A stretch of 64,000 nucleotides of DNA from Candidatus Aenigmatarchaeota archaeon (GCA_038733315.1 JAVYPJ010000001.1:263863-327862); one strand, 5' to 3'; shown: positions 8,795 to 19,153, numbered from the stretch's first letter. Notes: generated by a model from the sequence alone, not told the origin. Program-made: numbers and translations.

Positions 8795-10284
8795 AGAAGC
8801 TTTAAATAAATCTTGTTAATATATTTCATTGCGCATCTTCTCATATCAACATACTTTTCACTTTTTAGACAGTTAATTAATAATCTTTTCCATTTTGTTT
8901 TATCCTTAAACACCTCTGCTATGTATAAAAACTTATTGTAGAACGCTTCTCCCCTAAACTCGTTATATTCATCTTCCCAAACTAAAAAACCATTTCCAGA
9001 AAGTTCTACATCGTCAAAATCTTTTAATACTTCATCTAATCCTCCAGTTTTTGTTCCTAAGGTTGGTGTAGCGTTAACTAGGGCCATCATGTATCCGGTA
9101 CCGCAAGGTTCTTTATTTGGTAAAGAAGGATAAAGTAGTAAATCGCTTCCTGCATACATTAGTTTGGCCAATTTTTCGTTAAAACCGAAGATATATACGA
9201 ATTCTTTAAACTCTTTATGCAACTCTCTAAATCTGTCAGCTATAGACTTTCCATAACCATCATTGGGATGGTATTTCCCTAAGATTACTATTTGAGCACC
9301 ATGGGAAATAATCTTTGGTATTATTGGTATAATTTCTTCAAACCCTTTTTGATATGAGATTCTTCTTGGCAACGAAATAATCATTTTATTTATATCCAAC
9401 TCTTTCCCACAAATTTCCTTAATAGCCTCTATTAATTCTTTTTTTTTCTTTTCTTTTATATCTAAGATATTTCTTGAGTTTGCATTTCTATATTCGCTAT
9501 CTTGCCAATATTCTACATCTATACCATTTAAAATTCCAAAGACGTTTTTTTGATTAAAAATTTCCTTTAAGTTTTCGCCATAAACCTTTAAAGTTACTTC
9601 ATAATCTCTACTTACTGTGTTTACAATATCGCTTAACTTAACTCCGCAGTATAGTAAATTTATTTGGTTGTTGTATGCAAAATCTTTAATATTATTATCG
9701 CTAATTTCATGAGCTCTTGAAATGTCAAATATTTGTTGGTAAGCTATACCAGCATTATGAATAGTAAAAACAAATTTTACATTAGAGAATTCATAATAAT
9801 GAATGCTATTTTTTGCATAGAATGCTACTAAGCTAGTTAATGCATCATTTAAATGAATTATATCTGGAACAATTTTTAAAAATCTTAGTAATTCTAGTGT
9901 ACCTTTTCCTAAGAAGATGGCATACTTTAATAAGTCGCCGCAATATAGAGAGAAGCATATCTCTTCGTTATATAGAAAGTAAAAATCGGTATTGTAAGTT
10001 TCAGATTTATATATCTTTGTTTTATATATTTTATCTATCGGTACATCAATCTCTCCAATCAATTTTAAGTTAAGAGTGGAATAATCTATTTCTTCAAAAG
10101 TGTTGTTGTCGGTTATTTTATATTTGTATAGTGTAGAAACAGTTATAACTTTTAATCCTAATTCACTTAATGCTTTTACAAGCTCTTCTGAAACTTGGCC
10201 TAAACCACCTGCTCTATTTTTAAAACTCTTTAATTCTGGAGTTACGAAAACAATTTTTTTATTCAGGTTAGAAAAACTAACCAT
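8791..10284 (-). CDS. glgA: Glycogen/starch synthase (GT5)
   Basis: AGGLGQV, HLND, FTIHN..YQ, NTVS..Y, GILNGID, R...QKG, EPCG, TGGL. Confidence 0.85.
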   Translation of the reverse strand: MVSFSNLNKKIVFVTPELKSFKNRAGGLGQVSEELVKALSELGLKVITVSTLYKYKITDNNTFEEIDYSTLNLKLIGEIDVPIDKIYKTKIYKSETYNTDFYFLYNEEICFSLYCGDLLKYAIFLGKGTLELLRFLKIVPDIIHLNDALTSLVAFYAKNSIHYYEFSNVKFVFTIHNAGIAYQQIFDISRAHEISDNNIKDFAYNNQINLLYCGVKLSDIVNTVSRDYEVTLKVYGENLKEIFNQKNVFGILNGIDVEYWQDSEYRNANSRNILDIKEKKKKELIEAIKEICGKELDINKMIISLPRRISYQKGFEEIIPIIPKIISHGAQIVILGKYHPNDGYGKSIADRFRELHKEFKEFVYIFGFNEKLAKLMYAGSDLLLYPSLPNKEPCGTGYMMALVNATPTLGTKTGGLDEVLKDFDDVELSGNGFLVWEDEYNEFRGEAFYNKFLYIAEVFKDKTKWKRLLINCLKSEKYVDMRRCAMKYINKIYLKLL

Positions 10285-10335
10285 ATAATATATTATAAAA
10301 GTTTTACAGTATATAAATAATCTTTAAAATGTTTT

Positions 10336-10854
10336 ATGAGGATAAATGTAAAAGATTTAGTAGAAATTTTTTTAATTCTATTTTTAGCCTTTTTTATTTA
10401 TAGAGTCTTAATGCCAATAGCCTTTGGACATCCATATACTTTAACTGTGGTAGTTAGTGGTTCTATGATGCATGTCGAAAATTTAGATAAGAAGCACTAT
10501 GAATTTTTAGAAAAAAATTTTGGATATAATAAATCTTTTATAGATTCTTGGCCATTAAAAAAAGGTTTTGGAATTGGGGACATCTTAGTTGTGTTAAAAT
10601 CTAAAAATTATAGTGTTGGAGATGTAATAGTTTTTGAGAATAAATGCCAAAAAATTCCAATTGCACATAGAATAATTTATATTAATAGCGATGGTACTTA
10701 TCAGACTAAGGGCGACAATAACTATTCGCAAAACCCATCTATATGCTACAACGAGAAAAAAATCTCAGAAGATGAAATATATGGAAAAGTGGTGTTTGTT
10801 ATACCTAAGATAGGTTTAATAAGATATCTTATATATTTGATTTTAGGTTTTTAA
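10336..10854 (+). CDS. Archaeal signal peptidase I (Sec11-like)
   Basis: N-terminal TM, VVSGSM, GD.IVF, IAHR, TKGDNN. Confidence 0.9.
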   Translation: MRINVKDLVEIFLILFLAFFIYRVLMPIAFGHPYTLTVVVSGSMMHVENLDKKHYEFLEKNFGYNKSFIDSWPLKKGFGIGDILVVLKSKNYSVGDVIVFENKCQKIPIAHRIIYINSDGTYQTKGDNNYSQNPSICYNEKKISEDEIYGKVVFVIPKIGLIRYLIYLILGF

Positions 10855-11362
10855 ATCTATAGTTTTTTCTTTGGATTTCTCTATTTAAAAAAGAGTAAAC
10901 TGTAGAATGCTCTTTACCTTCTAATAACATTTCTATGGCTCTTCTAGCTACTATAGAGTTTTCTTCGTCGGTTATTATTCCAACTAAATTTCTATATATT
11001 GAAATTTTAGAGTTTGTTAGTTTCTCTATGTTTCTCTTTACTTTTCCATTTCTTCCTATTATTCTACCCTTAAGCTCTTTTAACCTATCTCTATTTTCTC
11101 TATTTTTTAAATATTTCTTTATCTCAATTACTTGAAAGCAATAATCCTCTTTTAAAAGTTTTCTACATTCGTTCTCATCAAATCCAAATATTAGGGCGTT
11201 AATAATTTCTTTAATTCTTAAAATGTTGTACCATTCGTTAGTTTCTACCTCTAAAATATTATAATTTTTCAAATCGATTTTTACGCTAAGCTTTTCCTCT
11301 ATATCTTTTATAAATTTTTCTTTCATTTTCATTTCTTTCGGTACTCTAATTTCTATTTTCAT
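10829..11362 (-). CDS. KH-domain pre-rRNA processing protein (Dim2/Pno1 family)
   Basis: KGRIIGRNGK...IEKLT...AIEMLLEGKEHSTVY. Confidence 0.9.
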   Translation of the reverse strand: MKIEIRVPKEMKMKEKFIKDIEEKLSVKIDLKNYNILEVETNEWYNILRIKEIINALIFGFDENECRKLLKEDYCFQVIEIKKYLKNRENRDRLKELKGRIIGRNGKVKRNIEKLTNSKISIYRNLVGIITDEENSIVARRAIEMLLEGKEHSTVYSFLNREIQRKNYRFKNLKSNI

Positions 11363-11366
11363 AAAT

Positions 11367-12794
11367 TTATACTTTTATTCTAAAATAGCTTTTATCTTTT
11401 TTATCATATATTTCTATGCCAAATTCGTTTAATACACTTCTTATTTTATCAGAATATTTAAATAGATTTTCTTTTCTCATTTCATCTCTAATTTCTACTA
11501 TTTTTTCTATAAGGGCTTCGTTTATTTTGCTTTTTCTTTCTGTATAAAACAATCCTAAGATTTTATTTCCAATCTCAAAAAATATCTCATAAATTTTGTT
11601 TGCTTCGTCTTTTCCAATGTTTTCTATGTTAGAGAGTATAATGTCGCTCATCTCTAAGTATTTTGAAAGGGCTAATGGAAAATTTAAATCATCCGCTAAG
11701 GCTTCTAAAAATTCTTGTTTTAATTTTTCGATGTTATCTGATATTATATTCGTTTTTTCCTCTTTTTTAACACTTTTCAAATAATCTAAGGTTCTATATA
11801 GTTTGTCCAAGATTTCTTCACATTCTTTAATAATATTTTCATTAAAATCTAATTCGCTTCTATAATGGGCTCTTAGGAAAAAAATTCTTAAAATTTCTGG
11901 ATTATATTTTGAAAGGAAATCTTTTAAAATTATAAAGTTTCCTTTCGATTTACTCATTTTTTCTCCATTAACAGTTAAAAAATTTACATGCATCCAATAT
12001 TTTACAAATTGCTTATTAGTTATTGCCTCTGTTTGTGCAATTTCGTTTTCGTGATGCGGAAAAATTAAATCCATTCCACCACCATGTATATCTATTTGCT
12101 CTCCTAAGTGTTTTAAATTCATTATACTACATTCTATATGCCAACCCGGGAATCCTTTTCCATATTTTGAATTCCATTGTAATGGATAATTCTCATCTTT
12201 AACAAATTTCCATAGTGCGAAATCGGCGGGATTTTTTTTAGTTATATCTGGTTCAACTCTGTGTTTTATTAATTCCTCTTTTTTAATTCCACTTAATTTT
12301 CCATAATTTTCGAATTTTGATACATCGTAATAAATTCCTGTTTCAGTTATGTAAGCATAGCCTTTTTCTATTAATTTATCTATGAATTCTAAAATTTCTG
12401 GAATTAATTGAGAAGGCCTTGGCTGAATATTAGGTCTTCTAATGTTTAGCAAATCCATTGCTTTAAAAAACTCAAACATATACTTATCAACTATTTCCCA
12501 TGGACTTATTTTTTCTTTTTTTGCTTCTAGGATAACTTTATCTTCCCCTTCTAAAATTTCTCCACTTAAATGACCTACGTCAGTAACATTTCTTACGTAC
12601 TTTACTTTATAGCCTAAATATTCCAAGAATCTTATGAGTATGTCGAATGTTACATAAGTTCTCGCATGGCCTAAATGTGTATGAGAATATACAGTAGGAC
12701 CACAAACATAGATTTTTACAATTTTATCTTCTATAGGTTCAAAAACTTCTTTTTTTTTGGTTAAAGTATTAAAAAGTTTAACTAAAATCGTCAT
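11367..12794 (-). CDS. cysS: Cysteine-tRNA ligase
   Basis: YVCGPTVY, HLGH, DFALWK, GFPGWHIECS, FPHHENE, KMSKS. Confidence 0.98.
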   Translation of the reverse strand: MTILVKLFNTLTKKKEVFEPIEDKIVKIYVCGPTVYSHTHLGHARTYVTFDILIRFLEYLGYKVKYVRNVTDVGHLSGEILEGEDKVILEAKKEKISPWEIVDKYMFEFFKAMDLLNIRRPNIQPRPSQLIPEILEFIDKLIEKGYAYITETGIYYDVSKFENYGKLSGIKKEELIKHRVEPDITKKNPADFALWKFVKDENYPLQWNSKYGKGFPGWHIECSIMNLKHLGEQIDIHGGGMDLIFPHHENEIAQTEAITNKQFVKYWMHVNFLTVNGEKMSKSKGNFIILKDFLSKYNPEILRIFFLRAHYRSELDFNENIIKECEEILDKLYRTLDYLKSVKKEEKTNIISDNIEKLKQEFLEALADDLNFPLALSKYLEMSDIILSNIENIGKDEANKIYEIFFEIGNKILGLFYTERKSKINEALIEKIVEIRDEMRKENLFKYSDKIRSVLNEFGIEIYDKKDKSYFRIKV

Positions 12795-12836
12795 AATAAG
12801 CTATTGTGTTGTAAAAAAATAAAAATAAAAGCTTGC

Positions 12837-13124
12837 TTACTTTGCTAGTACAATTTCTATTGTTGAAACATTTGCTTTCTTTCCGGTTTGTGGATTTTCT
12901 CTTTCTTCACTATCTATTGTTATACTTTTTATTTGAGCTTCCTTTACATACCTTCTTTTTACTATGTTTGCTATATCAACAGCTCTGCTTATAGCTCTTC
13001 CTCTTGCTCTTATTTTTATCTCTTTTTGTCCAGCTCCAAACTGTGTTATTACTGCTAGTATATAGCTCATTAGAGGTTTCTTACCTATTAGTATTACATT
13101 ATCTTCTTTCTTTGCTTCTGTCAT
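12837..13124 (-). CDS. albA: Chromatin protein Alba
   Basis: IGKKPLMSY, ARGRAISRAVD, VSTIEIVL. Confidence 0.97.
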   Translation of the reverse strand: MTEAKKEDNVILIGKKPLMSYILAVITQFGAGQKEIKIRARGRAISRAVDIANIVKRRYVKEAQIKSITIDSEERENPQTGKKANVSTIEIVLAK

Positions 13125-13158
13125 TTTAAATAAATTAATCTTAAAAAATAAATTTATT

Positions 13159-13464
13159 ATGTCGCTTAGTAATTTTTTGTTTGGATTTTTACTGCCTTTT
13201 TTTCTGTTTTTTCTCTTAGTTTATGCATTATTAAGGAGGGCTCAAATCTTTAAAGAATATACTATAGAGTTTGGGATTTCTTTTATAATAGCTTTGTTAG
13301 GTAGTTATTGGCTTTATGTAAATAATCTTAGCGATATTTTATTAGCTTCTTCTGGATTGGTTATAATTATAATTTTTTTAGCTTTAATAATCTTTTCTAT
13401 AGCATTTAGCGGATATAAAAGAATAAAAGAAACCTATAGGGAAGAGGTTAAAAAAGAAAAATGA
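13159..13464 (+). CDS. Small multi-pass membrane protein
   Basis: Three hydrophobic segments; LLPFFLFFLLVYALL motif. Confidence 0.7.
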   Translation: MSLSNFLFGFLLPFFLFFLLVYALLRRAQIFKEYTIEFGISFIIALLGSYWLYVNNLSDILLASSGLVIIIIFLALIIFSIAFSGYKRIKETYREEVKKEK

Positions 13465-13739
13465 TCGAAAGTTTAATTTTTGGAATTTTGTTCTTTTTCT
13501 TAAGTTTTCTAATAACCTTAGGGATTTTAAATAGATTAAACATTTTTAACTCTAAATTTATAAATTATATAATAGCAATATCCATAGCTTTTTATTCCTT
13601 TTTAACTATAAACTATTTTAATTTATTGTCTACCCTTATATCCTTTTTGCTTTTAGGTCTGTTATTTTTATTTTTCATGGTTTTGATATTTTTCTCGTTT
13701 TCTATTGCTAGGGGCAAAAAATCTCAAGTAAAGCATTGA
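13461..13739 (+). CDS. Small multi-pass membrane protein, probable paralogue of the upstream gene
   Basis: ATGA overlap with the previous gene and similar three-TM layout. Confidence 0.65.
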   Translation: MIESLIFGILFFFLSFLITLGILNRLNIFNSKFINYIIAISIAFYSFLTINYFNLLSTLISFLLLGLLFLFFMVLIFFSFSIARGKKSQVKH

Positions 13740-13787
13740 TTTAAAATCTTTAAAAAGCTATATAAAAAGAACAATTATTTATATTTT

Positions 13788-14438
13788 ATGCCTACTCTAA
13801 GGAGCGGAGCGGTAATAGTTGGAGTATATGCAATAAAAATAAGAAGATCTCTTTTTGCTCAGTTAAAGGATAAAATAAGGTCAAAAGAAATAGATACTAA
13901 GGAAATTGCTAGGGCAAGCGGAGAAATAAATAGAATGCTATATTTATTATTCGTAGAAAAATTAAGGATGGATAAGGGGGACGTTGTTAGAATATCGATA
14001 GATTATGAAATAACTCCAGAAAATTCTATTGTTTGGAAGTATGAGACTCTAAAGGTAGAAGCTTATAGAAAAGTTCCGGAAGACGAAATTTCTAGATATA
14101 TAGAAGAAATAAGGAAGAATTTAGAAAAAATGTCCGAGTTAAAAACAGAGGAATATGAAATTATTAAGTTGAGGGAAACGAAGTTGGGAGATATAATTTT
14201 TGATGTTAAAAAAAGTGGAAAGACGGTTGGAATAATTTTAGCTACACAAATAGATCAAGAAATAATAGTAAGAGGGGCAGTTAAAGAACCACCTTTAATA
14301 ATTTCTAAATCCAGATTAGAAATAAAAGAAAATTTAGAAAATACTGTAGTTAAGAGTTTTTCTGAATTATTGAGGAGAGCAGTTTCGGCTAGCGAGAATG
14401 AAGTGGAGAAAATAATCAATGAGATTAAAGAGCTTTAA
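13788..14438 (+). CDS. DUF2258 / ThermoDBP-related single-stranded nucleic acid-binding protein
   Basis: LRSG.VI.G.YA.KIRR.LFAQL...GEINR.LY...VEKL..DKGDVVRI.IDYE signature. Confidence 0.85.
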   Translation: MPTLRSGAVIVGVYAIKIRRSLFAQLKDKIRSKEIDTKEIARASGEINRMLYLLFVEKLRMDKGDVVRISIDYEITPENSIVWKYETLKVEAYRKVPEDEISRYIEEIRKNLEKMSELKTEEYEIIKLRETKLGDIIFDVKKSGKTVGIILATQIDQEIIVRGAVKEPPLIISKSRLEIKENLENTVVKSFSELLRRAVSASENEVEKIINEIKEL

Positions 14439-15019
14439 TGAACCTTCTTTTAAAATTTTTTTCCGAGTTTCAGAATTTTGTTTCTAAGAATGTCGTTATA
14501 GAATATTTAGATTTTGAGAAAGTTAAAAAGATTGGATTTTTAGATTGTGGGTATAGAAAAGATAAAATTAAATGTGTTTGTTTAATTTTTAATAAAGAAA
14601 AAAACATAATAGAAAAATCAGATGAAATAATAGGTAATACATTCTTTCCATATATTCCTGGGTTTCTTTTTTTGAGAGAGGCGCCATATATGTTTGAATT
14701 AATCGATAGAAATCCTGCAGATTTGTATGTTATCGATGGCCATGGATTAGCTCATCCAAGAAGGGCTGGAATAGCTACTGTAATAGGTGTGATAAAGAAT
14801 GTTCCAACAATAGGAATTGCCAAGAGTTTTTTATTTGGGAAAATCGAAAATAATAAAATTTTTTTGGATAATATGCAAGTAGGAATAAAGTTTGAAAGAT
14901 ATTATTTGAGCATAGGAAATAAGGTTGATTTGAAAACTATTGAAAGTTTTTTAAGTTTTTTTAATTATAAATATCCCTGGCCGATGAAAGAAGTTGATAG
15001 GATATCTAAGCTACTTTAA
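14438..15019 (+). CDS. nfi: Endonuclease V
   Basis: FPYIPGFL.LRE, IDGHG.AHPRRAGIA, IGIAKS. Confidence 0.92.
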   Translation: MNLLLKFFSEFQNFVSKNVVIEYLDFEKVKKIGFLDCGYRKDKIKCVCLIFNKEKNIIEKSDEIIGNTFFPYIPGFLFLREAPYMFELIDRNPADLYVIDGHGLAHPRRAGIATVIGVIKNVPTIGIAKSFLFGKIENNKIFLDNMQVGIKFERYYLSIGNKVDLKTIESFLSFFNYKYPWPMKEVDRISKLL

Positions 15020-15843
15020 ATATAGGTATATAGCAATTCTGCTAGGTTTTTTATAGTAGAGTTTGATAGAAGTGTTTTTAGGTTTTCTTGAGCTTCTGTA
15101 ATCCCAGGTTTTAAATAATTTTTATGGAAAAAATTGTTTATATCCGATTTAACTTCGTCAGAGATACAAGATTTGCTAAGTATGTCGGCGTTTTCTCTAT
15201 CTATTAAAAATTTCTCAGTAATTCCGAAATATACTTCAAAGTATTTGCGTTTTTGCTCTCTACTTGTTTTATCATAAAAATATACGGCTAGACCCTTAGG
15301 AGTTTTTTCTTTCGTAGAAAGTATATTAAGTTGGTATATGATATCTTCTATTGTCTTACATATAGTTTTGTTTTCGCTTGAGTCGTTATTTATAACGCTA
15401 TAAACATTTTTCTCAATTCTTTTATTTAGAAGTGGATTGCTTTCTTTTAATTGATATTTCGACATTTCATTTCTTACCAAATCTCCAAATATATTTTCAA
15501 GAATTTTTAACCTTTTATAAAAGATAGAACACTCACTTATATTTAAATATTTATCTACTTCTTTTGATTTTTTTAGACTAAAGTTTGAATTATAAGAGAC
15601 TAATATACAATTTTTGTTCTCATCGAACTTAATAAAAAAATTACCTACGATTTCTTCATTTATTAATTCTTCTATATCTAATTTAGTTTCTCTGTTTTTG
15701 TGGTATTGTTCTATTTTTATGTTAGGTTTTTTAAGGAATGTGGATGAAGGAATGACGTTAAAGTTATTTATTTCTTTTTCTAATTTTTCCTTTAAATTTT
15801 TCTTTTCACTGATTAACTTAGATATAATGAGGCTTGGAATCAT
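15016..15843 (-). CDS. Hypothetical protein
   Basis: 275-aa ORF filling the gap; no recognised motif. Confidence 0.6.
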   Translation of the reverse strand: MIPSLIISKLISEKKNLKEKLEKEINNFNVIPSSTFLKKPNIKIEQYHKNRETKLDIEELINEEIVGNFFIKFDENKNCILVSYNSNFSLKKSKEVDKYLNISECSIFYKRLKILENIFGDLVRNEMSKYQLKESNPLLNKRIEKNVYSVINNDSSENKTICKTIEDIIYQLNILSTKEKTPKGLAVYFYDKTSREQKRKYFEVYFGITEKFLIDRENADILSKSCISDEVKSDINNFFHKNYLKPGITEAQENLKTLLSNSTIKNLAELLYTYI

Positions 15844-15856
15844 ATATATCTAAAAT

Positions 15857-17191
15857 TTAAAAAAATAAATTTTTTAAAGAGGCATTATCTATTAAAGCAC
15901 CCCTTAAGAAATTCGGATAAATGTCTTTTATTTCAACTCTAACAAATTTGCCAAACTCAGCATTTTTTAAGAAAATAGGTTTATAGTAAATATTTCTTGC
16001 AATAAACCCATCGCTTATTTTTTCATCAACTAGCGAAATTCCTTTCCATCCTTTCCATTTTTTATTGTTTTCTAAGGATATTTCTCTAATTAATTTATGC
16101 AAAAATTTAGATCTTTCGTCAATTATTTTGGAGTGTAGTTTTTTTAATTTAGAAGCATAAGTATTTGGTCTTGGAGAAAATTTTGATAAATTAACTACAT
16201 CTGGTCTTAATTTTTTTAACAATTCTACTGTTAGCTCGAAATCTTTTTCAGTTTCTGTTGGATAACCAACAATAATATCTGTTGCTATAGTTATATCTTT
16301 CACAATTTTTCTAAATATATTAACCCAATCTAAAAATTCTTCTATTGTATATCCTCTTCTCATATCGTTTAAAACTTTGTTCGAACCGCTTTGTACTGGA
16401 ATGTGTAAGAATTTAAAAATTTTTTCATTTTTGAACAATTCAGCTAATTTTTCTATTTCCATTTTTTTAAAATGTAGCGGATTCATCATACCAATTCTTA
16501 TCCAAAAGTTTCCTTCTATCTCTATTAAACTTTCTAACAAATCTATTAATGTAACTCCAATATCTTTTCCATATGCTGAGTTGTCCTGAGAAGTTAGCCA
16601 AATTTCTTTTGCATCATTTTTTATGGCGTTAATAACTTTTTCCTTTATTTCACTTATTCTATAACTCTTTAAATTTCCTCTTGCAATTTTTGTTTCGCAA
16701 AAGCTACAAAAAGATAAACATCCACTCGCTATTTGTACAATTTCAATAATAGGATTAAATCTTATGGATGGTAGCTTTGCTTTGTTAGCATTTCCACTTA
16801 ATTCAACTCTTCTTAAACTTTTTAACGCATCTATTGCTACTTCAGCAATTTTATCTATGGAATCTGGAGCTACTAAGCTTGCTTTTGGATTTATTTTTTC
16901 AATTCTTTTTGGTTCCGTCTTTGCCATACAGCCAGCAACTATTAATGGCTTTTTGAGCGATGATAAAAATCTAATTCTTTGAATCATTCTACTAGCGGTC
17001 GCTTGTTTAACTACGCATGTATTAATTATATTTATGTCTGAATCCATCGGATTATTAACTATCTCAAAATTATGTTCTCTTAGCAGAGCTATCATAATCT
17101 CGCTATCGTTTTTATTCGCAGCGCATCCATATGTTTCTAAATAAACTTTATAAGTCTCTAATTTTTGCATATTATTAAATTGATTTTTCAC
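15857..17191 (-). CDS. mtaB: tRNA methylthiotransferase (archaeal MtaB/CDKAL1 type), radical SAM
   Basis: ETYGC..N, NTC.VK, VAGC, CLSFCSFC, RIGMMNP, LHIPVQSGS, C-terminal TRAM-like region. Confidence 0.88.
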   Translation of the reverse strand: MKNQFNNMQKLETYKVYLETYGCAANKNDSEIMIALLREHNFEIVNNPMDSDINIINTCVVKQATASRMIQRIRFLSSLKKPLIVAGCMAKTEPKRIEKINPKASLVAPDSIDKIAEVAIDALKSLRRVELSGNANKAKLPSIRFNPIIEIVQIASGCLSFCSFCETKIARGNLKSYRISEIKEKVINAIKNDAKEIWLTSQDNSAYGKDIGVTLIDLLESLIEIEGNFWIRIGMMNPLHFKKMEIEKLAELFKNEKIFKFLHIPVQSGSNKVLNDMRRGYTIEEFLDWVNIFRKIVKDITIATDIIVGYPTETEKDFELTVELLKKLRPDVVNLSKFSPRPNTYASKLKKLHSKIIDERSKFLHKLIREISLENNKKWKGWKGISLVDEKISDGFIARNIYYKPIFLKNAEFGKFVRVEIKDIYPNFLRGALIDNASLKNLFF

Positions 17192-17210
17192 TATAAACCT
17201 TAATTCAATT

Positions 17211-18527
17211 ATGTATAACTCAATTTTGATAGGAATCGACGAAATATGGTTAAAATCAGAAACTACAAAGAAAAAACTAATGAAAATTCTAATAAATGAT
17301 ATTAAAAAAAGAATTAATTCACAAAAAATTATTGAAAAGAGGGGAAGAATAATAATAGAGGAATATAAAGAGGATTTTATAGAAACTCTTAAAAAAGTTT
17401 TTGGGATAAAAGCAACATATCCCGCTATTAAGGTTAAGAGTAATTTGGAAGAAATTTCAAAAGTTGTTTTAAATCTATTGGAGAACTTTAATGGAAGTTT
17501 TAAAATTAAGACAAAAAGAATTTTTAAGAAGTTTCCAAAAAATTCTTTGGAAATTAGTAGAGAGATAGGTGAGATTATAGTTAGAAATAGAAATTTAAAA
17601 GTGGATTTGAAAAAACCAGATAAAACAATTTATATAGAAATAGATAAAGATTTTTCTTTTGTTAGCGATAAGAAAATAAAATGTTTTGGTGGATTGCCGT
17701 TAGGTGCTGAAGGAAAAGGTTTAATGTTACTTTCTGGCGGAATGGATTCAATGTTAGCATCGATTTTAATCGGAAAAAGGGGTTTAGATTTAGATTTCCT
17801 TTTTATTAATTTAGGTGGAAATATAATGGAGCAATTTTTGATTAGGTCCTTTGAAAAATTGAAGGAATATTTTCCGAATTCAAATTTATTTGTACTAGAT
17901 TTTAATTTTGAAAATTTTTTAAAGATAAAAGAAGGCTATAGGCAGATTTGTTTTAAAAAACTACTATATAAAGTTGCAGAATATTCGGCGAAGTCTAAGG
18001 GTTATAAAGTAATTGTTAGCGGGGAAAGTATTGGACAAGTATCTTCTCAAACCTTAGATTCCTTAGTTTTGCTAGAGAGTTTAATTGAAATACCAATTTT
18101 AAGGCCATTAATTTCTTTTAATAAGGATGAAATAATTAAGATTGGAAAAGAGCTTGGATTAATAGAATTTAGAGCACCAGAGATTTGTCAATTAGAGAAG
18201 CATTCAGATTCACATCCAAAAAAAGAAATTTTGTTAAAGGAATTCTCTAAATTAGAAATAAATTTTGAAGAGCTATTAAAAAATATTAGAGAGCCTAAAA
18301 AAGAGGATATAGATTTCTCTTTTTTTATAGATAAGTTTGACAAAAATTTAACTGTAGTAAATATAAAGGATTTTGAAAAAACTGTTTTCGAAAAAAGCAA
18401 AAAATATCTTATTGTTTGTGATAGTGGAATAATTTCTTATAAAATTGCTAAAAAACTTAGAGAAAATGGAATAGAAGCATATTCCTTAGATAGTAAAACA
18501 GCAAAAAGGTTAGGATATTTATTTTAA
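17211..18527 (+). CDS. thiI: tRNA 4-thiouridine synthase ThiI (THUMP + PP-loop + C-terminal rhodanese-like domain)
   Basis: DEIWLKS, GGLPLG, LLSGGMDS, GESIGQVSSQTL, LRPL, PEIC, and C-terminal IVCDSGIIS. Confidence 0.9.
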   Translation: MYNSILIGIDEIWLKSETTKKKLMKILINDIKKRINSQKIIEKRGRIIIEEYKEDFIETLKKVFGIKATYPAIKVKSNLEEISKVVLNLLENFNGSFKIKTKRIFKKFPKNSLEISREIGEIIVRNRNLKVDLKKPDKTIYIEIDKDFSFVSDKKIKCFGGLPLGAEGKGLMLLSGGMDSMLASILIGKRGLDLDFLFINLGGNIMEQFLIRSFEKLKEYFPNSNLFVLDFNFENFLKIKEGYRQICFKKLLYKVAEYSAKSKGYKVIVSGESIGQVSSQTLDSLVLLESLIEIPILRPLISFNKDEIIKIGKELGLIEFRAPEICQLEKHSDSHPKKEILLKEFSKLEINFEELLKNIREPKKEDIDFSFFIDKFDKNLTVVNIKDFEKTVFEKSKKYLIVCDSGIISYKIAKKLRENGIEAYSLDSKTAKRLGYLF

Positions 18528-18546
18528 TTTTCATTTCCAAAGAATT

Positions 18547-18810
18547 ATGAAGATAGAAAAGATAAAAGAGATTTGTGGAGGTAGTTATTCAGTTGTTTTA
18601 TCTGAAAAAATAGATTTTAGTTTAATAAAAAATTTTTTTGAGCAAAAACCAATTTTCGATGAGTTAGGCATTCTTAAATATAAAATTGATTCTAAGGAAA
18701 TAACTTTTTTTGATAGCGGCGAAATAGTTTTTAAAGGGTTTAAAAAAGAAGAGATTTTGGATTTTTTAAATAAGCTAAAAAAGAGTATGAAGAAAAATAT
18801 AAATTCATAA
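18547..18810 (+). CDS. Small protein resembling the C-terminal domain of some ThiF/MoeB enzymes
   Basis: ICGG...IDF...ITFFDSGEIVFKG pattern; sits between thiI and thioredoxin. Confidence 0.5.
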   Translation: MKIEKIKEICGGSYSVVLSEKIDFSLIKNFFEQKPIFDELGILKYKIDSKEITFFDSGEIVFKGFKKEEILDFLNKLKKSMKKNINS

Positions 18811-18826
18811 ATGATTAAATATTAAA

Positions 18827-19153
18827 ATGGTTGAAATAAGAAAGATTAGTGAGTTTACAGATATTCTATCAAAATCGGAAAAAATACCGATTATAATAGA
18901 TTTTTATGCTGATTGGTGTATGCCTTGTAAAATGCTATCTCCTATTATAGAAAAGATAGAAAAAAAATTAGATGGGAAAATTAAAGTTTTGAAAGTTAAT
19001 GTGGAAGAATTTCCAGAAATATCGATGAAGTTTGAAATAATGAGCATACCGACGCTAGTTTTAATTAAAGGAGGTAAAGAAATAGATAGAATTGTTGGAC
19101 TAGTTTCTGAAGCAAAAATTTTAGAGTGGCTAAAATCGCATAAGGTAATTTAA
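18827..19153 (+). CDS. trxA: Thioredoxin
   Basis: DFYADWCMPCK, MSIPTL. Confidence 0.95.
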   Translation: MVEIRKISEFTDILSKSEKIPIIIDFYADWCMPCKMLSPIIEKIEKKLDGKIKVLKVNVEEFPEISMKFEIMSIPTLVLIKGGKEIDRIVGLVSEAKILEWLKSHKVI

